DNA from: Patescibacteria group bacterium | GTDB lineage: Bacteria; Patescibacteriota; Patescibacteriia; GWA2-46-9 | Direction: 5' to 3' | Length of the DNA stretch: 64,000 nt | NCBI GenBank assembly: GCA_041660005.1 | Contig: JBAZXG010000003.1 | Span: 835 to 64,834, forward strand | Shown here: piece after piece, positions 8,458 through 16,382 of the stretch | Numbering within the stretch: the first letter of the stretch is position 1 | How the letters are laid out: each line of letters begins with the position of its first letter | Made by a program: the position numbers and the translations under genes | The notes under the pieces: model-generated | Database searches by the model: none | The model's input: the letters and a program-made list of their open reading frames with translations, nothing else | What the model was told of the DNA's origin: nothing

Positions 8458-9213
8458 ATGAAAAAGACGCTATGGTTTATTTTACCAATTATTGCTGTCG
8501 GGCTTGCGTGGGAAGTTGTTTCCCGTAGCGGAATTGTAAATCCATCACTATTCCCTCCCGTCTCAAAAGTTTTTCTTGCCCTGTGGGAGATGGTAAATTC
8601 TGGAATCATCATTACTGACGTAGGGAACAGTTTGTGGCGTTTACTTCTTGGTTTGTTTTTCGGGTCTGTAATTGGCATCGTTTTGGGGCTTATTACAGGC
8701 AGGGTCAAAAAAGTTTCTTCCTTACTTGTGCCAATCATTCAAGCATTAAGACCGCTGCCACCTGTGGCTATTATCCCTCTTGTTATTGTCTGGCTAGGAA
8801 TAGACAACACCGCAAAGATTTTTTCCATAGCTTTTGCTGTATTTTTCCCCGTTTGGATAAACACCTACATCGGGGCACAGCAAATTCCGCAAACATTTCT
8901 CTGGAGTGCTAAGTTGCTTACTACCTCTACGCTGAAGGTATTTTATCGAGTAATCTTTCCTGCAACACTACCCTTTGCCATCGCGGGTATACGTAGCGCA
9001 ATTGCCGTTAGTTATATTATGGTTTTCGTTTCCGAGTTGGCTGGAGCTTCTAGTGGACTAGGTTATCGCATTGCCATTGCTCAATCATCGTATCGTATAG
9101 ACGAAATGATAGCCGCTCTGATTGTTCTTGGCATTCTCGGTGCTTTAACCGATTACCTATTTGTTCTTTCAACAAAAAAGATGTTTCCTTACCTTGCCCT
9201 GCGATCGCAATGA
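8458..9213 (+). CDS. NitT/TauT ABC transporter permease (SsuC/TauC-like)
   Basis: LFPPVS, SLWRLLLG, RPLPPVAIIPL, ELAGASSGLG motifs; multiple TM segments. Confidence 0.9.
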   Translation: MKKTLWFILPIIAVGLAWEVVSRSGIVNPSLFPPVSKVFLALWEMVNSGIIITDVGNSLWRLLLGLFFGSVIGIVLGLITGRVKKVSSLLVPIIQALRPLPPVAIIPLVIVWLGIDNTAKIFSIAFAVFFPVWINTYIGAQQIPQTFLWSAKLLTTSTLKVFYRVIFPATLPFAIAGIRSAIAVSYIMVFVSELAGASSGLGYRIAIAQSSYRIDEMIAALIVLGILGALTDYLFVLSTKKMFPYLALRSQ

Positions 9214-9908
9214 AGCAAATTGAAGTAAAAAAGTTGTCAGTATCTTACGGTAACTTTGGCGTGCTCTGCGATATTGATTTTACGGTCGAGAAAGGGGAGT
9301 TTATCGTAATCGTTGGAAAATCGGGAAGTGGTAAGACGACCTTTCTTCACGCACTGGCAGATCTCATCCCGTTCTCTGGGGAGATTGATATTCCTGAAAA
9401 TAAAGGGGTTGTGTTTCAACACTACGCAGTTTTTCCGTGGCTGACCGTTTCAGAAAATATTGCCTTTGGACTTGACCGGTATTCAGAGGAAAAGCAACGG
9501 GAAGTTACTAGTGAACATTTAAGAATCGCTCAACTGGAAGGGAAAGACGATAGTTATCCTGCGGAGCTTTCAGGTGGTCAAGTGCAACGTGTTGCTTTGG
9601 CTCGTTCTTTGGCACACAGTCCAGAGCTTTTATTGATGGACGAACCGTATGGGTCACTGGATGCGTATACAAGAGACCAAATGCAAGAATGGCTTTTAGG
9701 TGTGTGGTCGGAGCATAAAAAAACAATCGTTTTTGTGACCCACAGTATTGAAGAAGCGATTTTTCTTGCAGACAGAATTTTGGTACTTAGCAACAAACAT
9801 TTTATTGAGGAACTCAAAGTTCCTTTTGGTAGACCAAGAAAAGAGGAAATAAAGTTTACGCCAGAATTTAATCAGCTACGAAAAAATATTTTTGAGTCCA
9901 TTAGTTAA
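9210..9908 (+). CDS. NitT/TauT ABC transporter ATP-binding protein (SsuB/TauB-like)
   Basis: GKSGSGKT, LSGGQ, LLMDEP, VTHSIEEAIFLADR. Confidence 0.93.
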   Translation: MKQIEVKKLSVSYGNFGVLCDIDFTVEKGEFIVIVGKSGSGKTTFLHALADLIPFSGEIDIPENKGVVFQHYAVFPWLTVSENIAFGLDRYSEEKQREVTSEHLRIAQLEGKDDSYPAELSGGQVQRVALARSLAHSPELLLMDEPYGSLDAYTRDQMQEWLLGVWSEHKKTIVFVTHSIEEAIFLADRILVLSNKHFIEELKVPFGRPRKEEIKFTPEFNQLRKNIFESIS

Positions 9909-10126
9909 ACGGTAGTAGTCGCTAGTTCATGGATGCTAGTCACCCGAAGAATTCTTTTCATACTACGTTGTTGACTTTATCTTTATTTTGAAACAAGATG
10001 CGGTTCATAGGAGGTATTCGAACGGTTTCAATAGACCGCATAGTAATCGTTTCGTGGCAAAAACATGGAATAAAGTAGCTAACTGTTTGCTGCTTATTCC
10101 CAACCGGTCAAAGAGGTACATTCGTC

Positions 10127-10648
10127 ATGGTAAACAGTCGTCTTTCCTTTCGTGACTTGGGACAGCCCGAGTTGGAGTTGGTGATCGGGGAGCACCACGG
10201 TGTGTTCGAGCTCCAGGCAGAACACAAAGGTCTGCGCTTCGTGGTAGACCTCACGAAGCGTGGAAGTCGGTGGCCCCACGCAGGGGACGTGTGGAAACTG
10301 CAGCCACTCTATTCTCCGCATGGTTCACGCGTCGTCTTCTGTGAACCACGCGAACTCATAAGGGAGCGAGTTCGTCCGCCTTACTTCGACGTTGCGCGTT
10401 TGGGCGCGCCTACCGTGGAGCTTCAGGAGACAATACACAAGAGGAAGCCTCAGCTCCATGCTCCGTACCAGAGACTCTTCAAGCTTGTGGTCGATCTGGA
10501 ATGGTGGGACGGAGAAACACCACAGGCGGGGCAAATCTGGATTCTCAAACCGCTGAGAACTCCGGATGGGTATCTCATTTTTTCCGAACCTGTTCGGCAC
10601 GTTGATCCTGACACTGTCGACAGCTTCGCCGAACGCGACAGGTGGTAG
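10127..10648 (+). CDS. Hypothetical protein made of two tandem ~75-aa beta-rich repeats
   Basis: LGQPELEL..VVDL..PHAGDVWKLQPL..VFCEP is repeated as LGAPTVEL..VVDL..PQAGQIWILKPL..IFSEP; AAGAGG SD-like motif upstream. Confidence 0.7.
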   Translation: MVNSRLSFRDLGQPELELVIGEHHGVFELQAEHKGLRFVVDLTKRGSRWPHAGDVWKLQPLYSPHGSRVVFCEPRELIRERVRPPYFDVARLGAPTVELQETIHKRKPQLHAPYQRLFKLVVDLEWWDGETPQAGQIWILKPLRTPDGYLIFSEPVRHVDPDTVDSFAERDRW

Positions 10649-10752
10649 CAGTTACGCCGCTCGAATAGGCTCGTGCCCTGTAAGTGAGTAGTCCTTCCAG
10701 GATGTATTCTGCGAGCTCAATCTAGAGCTCCTTACATCCACGTTTCTTTCGG

Positions 10753-10781
10753 CGCCGCCCAGGTTCTCCACCCGGGCGGCG
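10753..10781 (+). terminator. GC-rich hairpin, probable terminator
   Basis: CGCCGCCCAGG-TTCTCCA-CCCGGGCGGCG followed by TCTTCACTTTT. Confidence 0.55.
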
Positions 10782-10903
10782 TCTTCACTTTTGTTATTCG
10801 TCCTTGGACGCGTGATTAAGATTTAGTATCATAGTTCAAACTATGGTACTGACAGTTATTCTGTAAGAACTCAAGTAACTTCTCGGCCTATATGGGCGAG
10901 CGG

Positions 10904-10947
10904 AAATCAAAAGTCAAAAGGCAAAACTGCAAATCAAAAATTAAAAA
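10904..10947. repeat. Degenerate A-rich ~7-mer tandem repeat
   Basis: AAATCAAAAGTCAAAAGGCAAAACTGCAAATCAAAAATTAAAAA. Confidence 0.5.
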
Positions 10948-11062
10948 CTGTGCACAAACACCGCAGACTTCGCTTTCACTACCTACGCCGATCCTAAGGG
11001 ATTTGCATTGTAATCTTTCAAACCCCCTCATTGATCGGGAGAATGAATGCGCTCTCGGCTAA

Positions 11063-11275
11063 ACCCCTGGTGTCCGGTCGTGGCAATGAGGGCGAAAGCA
11101 GGACGAATAAATTCAAGAGCATGTTTGAGCCGAATTATTAAAGTGAGGCGAGTTTGCTCTTGCTCGTCCTGCTGAGGAAGGAATGCCCGACCGGAGCACC
11201 CGGGGTGTCGTTCTTTTGGTGACTTTTCTTAGACAAGTAAGAAAAGTCACAACCTACAGCCCCGTCAGACGGGGC
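11063..11275. repeat. Large structured palindromic intergenic element (REP/MITE-like or ncRNA)
   Basis: Nested stems CCCCTGGTG-TCCGGTCG-TGGCA / TGCC-CGACCGGA-GCACCCGGGG, GCAGGACGA/TCGTCCTGC and CAAGAGCA/TGCTCTTG; a perfect 13-bp hairpin GTGACTTTTCTTA-GACAAG-TAAGAAAAGTCAC (11219-11250); and GCCCCGT-CAG-ACGGGGC (11259-11275). Confidence 0.65.
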
Positions 11276-11314
11276 GAGGTTTATTGGGCCTAGGGTTTTA
11301 ATCCTTACTTACCT

Positions 11315-11338
11315 TGCTACGTAACATATTACGTAGCA
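11315..11338. promoter_or_regulatory. Perfect 10-4-10 inverted repeat upstream of the nuclease gene (candidate operator)
   Basis: TGCTACGTAA-CATA-TTACGTAGCA, abutting a CATAAT -10-like hexamer. Confidence 0.45.
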
Positions 11339-11369
11339 TAATGGTTCTACAAATCATTTAAACAAAACC

Positions 11370-12122
11370 ATGTCCGATTATTACAAAGCAAACAGAACGA
11401 GAAATATTTACGATCCTAAGAGTAAGGAGCCGTTTAAATTATCTCGTTCAAAAATCGAAAATTTTTCATCGTGTAAGAAGTGTTTTTACCTTGACCGCCG
11501 ACTGGGTGTGGGACAGCCGTCGGGCTACCCATTAAATTTAAATATCGCGGTCGATACACTTCTCAAAAAAGAGTTCGACATTCACCGCGCAAAACAAAAA
11601 ACGCATCCGCTCATGAAAGCGTATGGGCTGAAAGCCGTACCCTTTGCTCACAAGATGATTAATGAGTGGAGAGAGAATTTTAAGGGTGTGCAGTTTCATC
11701 ATGAGCCGACGAATTTCATTATTTCGGGAGCGGTCGACGATCTCTGGCAAGATGAAAACGGTGAAATTATTGTGGTCGACTATAAGGCCACCAGTAAAAG
11801 TTCTCAGGTTAACCTCGACGCTGCTTGGCAAGACGGGTACAAAAGGCAAATGGAAATATATCAATGGCTACTTCGGAATAATGGTTTGAAAGTGTCGGAC
11901 ACGGGCTATTTTGTGTACTGCAACGGAAAGACAGATGCAGAAGCTTTTGACGCAAAGCTAGAGTTTGACATTGATTTATTGCCCTACACCGGCGACGACT
12001 CTTGGGTTGAAACGCGACTGCATGAAATTAAAAAATGCCTTGACGGAAACATGCCAGACGCAAACCCCAACTGCGATTATTGTAATTATAGAAAAGCAGT
12101 AAGTGAGGTTGATAATAAATAG
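11370..12122 (+). CDS. PD-(D/E)XK nuclease, RecB/Cas4-like (solo)
   Basis: LSRSKIENFSSCKKCFY, GAVDDLW, VVDYK, QMEIY (QxxxY) and C-terminal CDYC. Confidence 0.88.
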   Translation: MSDYYKANRTRNIYDPKSKEPFKLSRSKIENFSSCKKCFYLDRRLGVGQPSGYPLNLNIAVDTLLKKEFDIHRAKQKTHPLMKAYGLKAVPFAHKMINEWRENFKGVQFHHEPTNFIISGAVDDLWQDENGEIIVVDYKATSKSSQVNLDAAWQDGYKRQMEIYQWLLRNNGLKVSDTGYFVYCNGKTDAEAFDAKLEFDIDLLPYTGDDSWVETRLHEIKKCLDGNMPDANPNCDYCNYRKAVSEVDNK

Positions 12123-12151
12123 ATTGACCGACTGAAGAACTAAGTTATAAT

Positions 12152-12188
12152 AATAACATCCTTACAAACTTGAGAATGTTGGTATGAG
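12152..12188 (+). repeat. 37-bp quasi-palindromic direct repeat, copy 1
   Basis: AATAACATCCTTACAAACTTGAGAATGTTGGTATGAG; 36/37 identical to copy 2. Confidence 0.95.
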
Positions 12189-12203
12189 GTGTATACTCTA
12201 GAG

Positions 12204-12491
12204 ATGAAAAAATTCAAAACTGCCAAACAGATGGAGCGCCACCTTAAGGGTATTGCTAACCATTACCGGATCGAAATTTTACTCCTGGTTGGGGATAAAG
12301 ATGGCATTACCCTTGAAGGTATAATTGAAACCATTAAAGCAAACGGGAAAACCATTGGTGAGCATACAAGGCGCCTTCAGCAAGCAGGCCTTATTAATAA
12401 GAGGTATCGGGGTAAATTTGTTGAACACGTTTTGACGCCGTACGGCAGAACATTTGTCCGGTTTCTAAAATCTTTTCAAGGTCTTCAATAA
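12204..12491 (+). CDS. ArsR-like winged-helix DNA-binding protein
   Basis: LKGIANHYRIEILLLV...TIGEHTRRLQQAGLI...LTPYG; ATG 12204 lies 6 nt after TATACT. Confidence 0.85.
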   Translation: MKKFKTAKQMERHLKGIANHYRIEILLLVGDKDGITLEGIIETIKANGKTIGEHTRRLQQAGLINKRYRGKFVEHVLTPYGRTFVRFLKSFQGLQ

Positions 12492-12523
12492 CATACTTAC
12501 AAACTTGAGAATGTTGGTATGAG
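12487..12523 (+). repeat. 37-bp quasi-palindromic direct repeat, copy 2 (contains the ArsR stop codon)
   Basis: AATAACATACTTACAAACTTGAGAATGTTGGTATGAG. Confidence 0.95.
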
Positions 12524-12553
12524 ATATATTGAAGCTTGAAATTGAGTACCTGT

Positions 12554-13324
12554 ATGTTTTTACCAAGCTTTATTTTCTTGATCGTTATCGTTGTGTTGCT
12601 TGTACTCTCGCGTCTTATCAGCCGGACGCTTTTTAAACTTTTGGGTGAAGGATGGTATATAGTACTTCTCTGGCCCGGCGTCATTGTTCATGAGGGGTCG
12701 CATTTTCTCGGCGCACTGCTTACCTTCACTCCTGTCCGAGGTTTTTCGCTATTGCCCGAAACTGGAGGGTCAGGGTCTCGCGTGCTCGGAGTTGTGCGTC
12801 ACGATCGTCCGAAAAACCCTTTTGCGTCCGTGATAATTTCAGGATTTCCATTAATTGGCGGAACTGTTGCCATTTGGTTATTAACTGTCTTTTTACTTCC
12901 CGGGCTATCATCGTCAATATTGACATCGGAATGGCAGGGTGGAGGGTATAGTAATCTTTTGAATTCTTTTCGTTTTTTAATAAAACGTGGATCGGAAGTT
13001 ATTTCTTTCGGGAGTTGGCAAACTTGGCTATTCCTTTATTTAAGTTTCACCATTAGTGCCCACTTGGCTCCTTCAAGCCATGATCTGAAGTACGTAGCAA
13101 AAGGTCTTATTGGTCTTGTTGTAATACTCGGTGCTCTCTACTGGCTCGCCAGTTTTATAAAAACATCAATGACCCACAATGTTCTCGTATGGCTCGTCGC
13201 GCACATAAATGAGGGTATCTCTAAAATTTTATTTGCTTTTCTTTACCTGGCTTTCATTTCAATCGTCGTCACTGTTGTGTCGCTACTTCTGCTGTCTATT
13301 AAAAAACGTCTTCGTCGTTATTAA
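12554..13324 (+). CDS. Membrane zinc metalloprotease, M50/M50B-like
   Basis: PGVIVHEGSH (HExxH in a TM segment), LGVVRH, APSSHDL; multiple TM segments. Confidence 0.7.
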   Translation: MFLPSFIFLIVIVVLLVLSRLISRTLFKLLGEGWYIVLLWPGVIVHEGSHFLGALLTFTPVRGFSLLPETGGSGSRVLGVVRHDRPKNPFASVIISGFPLIGGTVAIWLLTVFLLPGLSSSILTSEWQGGGYSNLLNSFRFLIKRGSEVISFGSWQTWLFLYLSFTISAHLAPSSHDLKYVAKGLIGLVVILGALYWLASFIKTSMTHNVLVWLVAHINEGISKILFAFLYLAFISIVVTVVSLLLLSIKKRLRRY

Positions 13325-13365
13325 GACTGTCTTCATTGCTGCTGCCTAGGTATATAATTAAACAC

Positions 13366-14136
13366 ATGGATACAACAGCGGTACAAGGGGTAGGTCTCGG
13401 CATATTTTTTAATGCCTTTGTTAGTGTTGTTGTTTCTCTGACAGCTCTCGCTCTCGTAGTATTTATTTTTCACAGATGGTCAAAACTTGATGGCATAATG
13501 AAGTCCTACTCCATTTTTTGGTCTACTGTCGCGGTCATTTGGATGTGCGCATTTATACGCTATGTTTTAGTAGCCACGGGGGTACCACTATTATCTATTC
13601 TCCCACTTGATTATTTTATTCAAGGAACAATTTTTTCTAGCGGCATTATATTGTTTTACTACCTTGGTCTTAGGATTACTAGTCGCACCCCTGTGGCAAT
13701 TTTTTGGGCTCTAGTGTCGGGGTTACTTGCGGCTGTCTCGCTCGTTTTTGTTTTTCGATCAGAAGGTATTGTTTATCCTGGAATAACGTATTTTGCTGCT
13801 GACGCCGAGTTAAACGTAGTTTCTTTTGGAATATTTGCTTTTGAAGTTTTTGTTGCTGCTTGTTTACTGGCGTATGACTTAATGACGCGGCTAAAACGCT
13901 GGAGGCATAAATTAGTTTCAGAGACATTATCGAACGCGCTTTACTCTTTTGGCCTTTTTCTCTATATCAGCTTGGCAGGACTTGATAACATGAAAGTGAT
14001 CAATGATTGGTCGCTCGTTGTTTTTCGAATTTTTTATTGTGGCGTTATCCTTTTCGTCTATATCGTTGTTGTGAGCGAGGAAGAAAACAAGGAGCAATTT
14101 ATTATATCGGCAGCACTTGAACAAAAAAGTTTGTAG
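13366..14136 (+). CDS. Polytopic (~7 TM) membrane protein, stand-alone sensor-like
   Basis: About seven hydrophobic segments and no catalytic domain; TATAAT 7 nt before ATG 13366. Confidence 0.7.
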   Translation: MDTTAVQGVGLGIFFNAFVSVVVSLTALALVVFIFHRWSKLDGIMKSYSIFWSTVAVIWMCAFIRYVLVATGVPLLSILPLDYFIQGTIFSSGIILFYYLGLRITSRTPVAIFWALVSGLLAAVSLVFVFRSEGIVYPGITYFAADAELNVVSFGIFAFEVFVAACLLAYDLMTRLKRWRHKLVSETLSNALYSFGLFLYISLAGLDNMKVINDWSLVVFRIFYCGVILFVYIVVVSEEENKEQFIISAALEQKSL

Positions 14137-14164
14137 AAAGTTGTTTATTTTTATAGCTTCGACG

Positions 14165-14203
14165 CCGCACGGAGTTCCCTAAAATTGTGGGATCTCCGTG
14201 CGG
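14165..14203. terminator. Hairpin between convergent genes
   Basis: CCGCACGGAG-TTCCC...GGGAT-CTCCGTGCGG with a perfect 10-bp outer stem. Confidence 0.6.
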
Positions 14204-14218
14204 TCGACTGTTGGCTGC

Positions 14219-14512
14219 TCAGGTGATTGTTACCGAGTAACGGCTCGGATCAGCGAGCACCTCCATGGTGTTCCGAATTACAGCCCATGCCTCCATCTGA
14301 GCGGCAAGCGTAACCTCAGAATCGTCGCGTTCCTTGGGGTCGTCGGGTATCGACGACCATGCTGTTGTGATAAGTCCGTCGAGTTTAGTTGCCATTCTGC
14401 TGAAAAAAACGCTGAGCCCCTCGCCAGCCGTGCTGACTGTATTTTGCGTAGTGCCCATTTCGGCAATCCCCTCGACAAACTGCCGTGCCGCTTCTATTGC
14501 GTTGGTTGACAT
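14219..14512 (-). CDS. Hypothetical helical protein (97 aa)
   Basis: ATG preceded by AGGAGGCCAGGAAAG on the minus strand; natural amino-acid composition; hairpin downstream. Confidence 0.55.
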   Translation of the reverse strand: MSTNAIEAARQFVEGIAEMGTTQNTVSTAGEGLSVFFSRMATKLDGLITTAWSSIPDDPKERDDSEVTLAAQMEAWAVIRNTMEVLADPSRYSVTIT

Positions 14513-14672
14513 AGATCTTTCCTGGCCTCCTGTAGAGCATTACAAACACGAGAACGCCATGACATTAGCACAAGGAAGCTGGACTGACAACGACGAATTC
14601 TTCGATGCGGTAATGTGTATTTTTTCCAATGTCGTGCTATCGTCTTTGCATGTTGCTTTGTAAAACTATTCT

Positions 14673-15554
14673 ATGACCTGGGTTATCTTTGCGCTTCTTG
14701 CGCCGTTCACCTGGGCGTTCGTCAACCTTATTGATCGGTTTGTTATGTTGCGGGTGGTTCGTACGCCATTTGCCCCAGCTTTTGCATACAGTATTGTTGG
14801 CCTTGTTGGGTCGTTCTTAATTTATTCGTACTTTGGTTTTGAATACAGTTCAGCAAGTCACATTACTTTAGCGATTATTGTCGGCGTATTAAATTTAATT
14901 TCATCAATACTTTATTTATACGCGGCGCAGAGGGAAGAAATTTCTCGAATAGTACCGTTGTTGTACTTTGTGCCACTTTTCGTGAGTGTCTTTGCTGCCG
15001 TTTTTTTGAATGAAGTGTTTAGTGTTTGGAAGTATCTTGGCATCGCCCTTTTAATCATGGGGGCTATACTGGTAACCCACCGATCCGGAAAGTTAAGAGT
15101 GAGCAGAGCATTTTGGTTTATGCTCATGTCTGCTTTGTTTTGGGCAGCCTCCTCCGTTTTAGAAAAGTATCTTGTGCAAACAAATAATGTATGGACAGTG
15201 TATGGCTGGGTTCGCATTGGCGCGGGACTTGGTGCACCCATACTCGGCGTTATTGTTTGGAAAGAGCTCAAGCTTGTCGTAAAAACTCATGGTTCATCTC
15301 GATTAGTGCTGATGGGGGTCAACGAGTCAGTAAGTATCACTGCACAGCTTTTTCTATTCTTTGCACTTTCTCTTGGACCAGTAAGCTTGGTGAGCTCTCT
15401 AGGTTTAGTGCAGTCGTTTTTTGTGCTGCTCTTAACCCTAGTTGTTGGTATTTGGTACCCAAAGTTGCTTGAAGAGGAAATGACGACGAGAGTCGTGCTT
15501 CAAAAAGTAGTCGCAACGGTCTTAATGTTTTTTGGCGCGTTTCTAGTAGTTTAG
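14673..15554 (+). CDS. EamA/DMT-family transporter
   Basis: Ten TM segments in two repeats; EEISRIVPL, FLNEVFS..KYLGIAL, GPVSLVS motifs. Confidence 0.88.
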   Translation: MTWVIFALLAPFTWAFVNLIDRFVMLRVVRTPFAPAFAYSIVGLVGSFLIYSYFGFEYSSASHITLAIIVGVLNLISSILYLYAAQREEISRIVPLLYFVPLFVSVFAAVFLNEVFSVWKYLGIALLIMGAILVTHRSGKLRVSRAFWFMLMSALFWAASSVLEKYLVQTNNVWTVYGWVRIGAGLGAPILGVIVWKELKLVVKTHGSSRLVLMGVNESVSITAQLFLFFALSLGPVSLVSSLGLVQSFFVLLLTLVVGIWYPKLLEEEMTTRVVLQKVVATVLMFFGAFLVV

Positions 15555-15587
15555 CTCTTGGAGCATAGTAAAATGAGGTGGACTCCC

Positions 15588-15617
15588 TTGACATAAGGAA
15601 AGGGAAATATTTATACT
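15588..15617 (+). promoter_or_regulatory. Sigma70 promoter of the hrcA heat-shock operon
   Basis: TTGACA-18 bp-TATACT immediately before the CIRCE element. Confidence 0.8.
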
Positions 15618-15620
15618 GAT

Positions 15621-15647
15621 TTAGCACTCTTAATATCAGAGTGCTAA
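15621..15647 (+). promoter_or_regulatory. CIRCE element (HrcA operator)
   Basis: Perfect consensus TTAGCACTC-N9-GAGTGCTAA upstream of hrcA. Confidence 0.98.
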
Positions 15648-15656
15648 CGCTTCATT

Positions 15657-16376
15657 ATGAGCCAAAAGCTCTCAGAAAGGCAGGCAGCCATATTGGGTTG
15701 TCTTATTCGTGCCCATATAGAAACAGCCGCTCCAGTCGGTTCGCTGACTATCGTTGAACGAACGCGGATTGGTGCCAGTTCCGCCACCATCAGAAATGAA
15801 ATGGCGAACCTTGAGCAAATGGGTTATTTGAGAAGCCCCCACACTTCGGCTGGGCGCATTCCAACAGAGCAAGGGTACCGTTACTACCTTGAGTATTTGG
15901 TTACGCCGGCACTCATGCCAGATATTGAAGAGCGACGTATGCGTTCCATTCAACGGTCGTATGAAGACTTTGAAGAGCGTTTTCGTCAGCTGGCAAAAGC
16001 TGTTGCGGAGTTTTCAGCCGAGGGTGTCTTTCTTGCCTTTGGCAAGAATAATCTCTACTACACTGGTCTTTCGAATTTGTTTGCGCAGCCGGAATTCAGA
16101 GAGCAGCGTCAGCTCGTTGCCATGGGGCAGGTCATTGACCACCTAGACGAAGCGGTCTCAGAAATATTCGCCAGCGAGAGTGGAAATGATGTTACCGTTT
16201 TAGTGGGAAGTGATAATCCGTTTGGTAGAGACTGTAGTGTGATTCTGTTACGCTATGGTTCGAGTGGCAGCAACACCGAAAAAGGATTGTTCGGCATTCT
16301 CGGGCCAACGAGAATGGATTACGACAGGAACATTACGCGCGTTACGCGCGTTCGAGATTGTGTAAAATTAGAATAA
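15657..16376 (+). CDS. hrcA: Heat-inducible transcription repressor HrcA (short form)
   Basis: PVGS, SSATIRNEM, PHTSAGRIPT, GILGPTRMDY; 239 aa. Confidence 0.95.
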   Translation: MSQKLSERQAAILGCLIRAHIETAAPVGSLTIVERTRIGASSATIRNEMANLEQMGYLRSPHTSAGRIPTEQGYRYYLEYLVTPALMPDIEERRMRSIQRSYEDFEERFRQLAKAVAEFSAEGVFLAFGKNNLYYTGLSNLFAQPEFREQRQLVAMGQVIDHLDEAVSEIFASESGNDVTVLVGSDNPFGRDCSVILLRYGSSGSNTEKGLFGILGPTRMDYDRNITRVTRVRDCVKLE

Positions 16377-16382
16377 TCTTTT

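Noticed and set aside
12152-12523. CRISPR array (37-bp repeats next to a Cas4-like gene)
   Set aside because: Only two repeats, a 298-bp gene-containing interval, and no cas1/cas2 or effector genes; reported instead as a repeat-bounded cassette.
6478-14600. Intact integrative element or prophage at tRNA-Glu
   Set aside because: No integrase and no direct-repeat att copy of the tRNA 3' end found by eye; only an inverted degenerate copy.
14198-14663. Plus-strand ORFs overlapping the 97-aa minus-strand gene
   Set aside because: Unnatural composition and no SD or promoter support; the minus-strand ORF has AGGAGG and a downstream hairpin.
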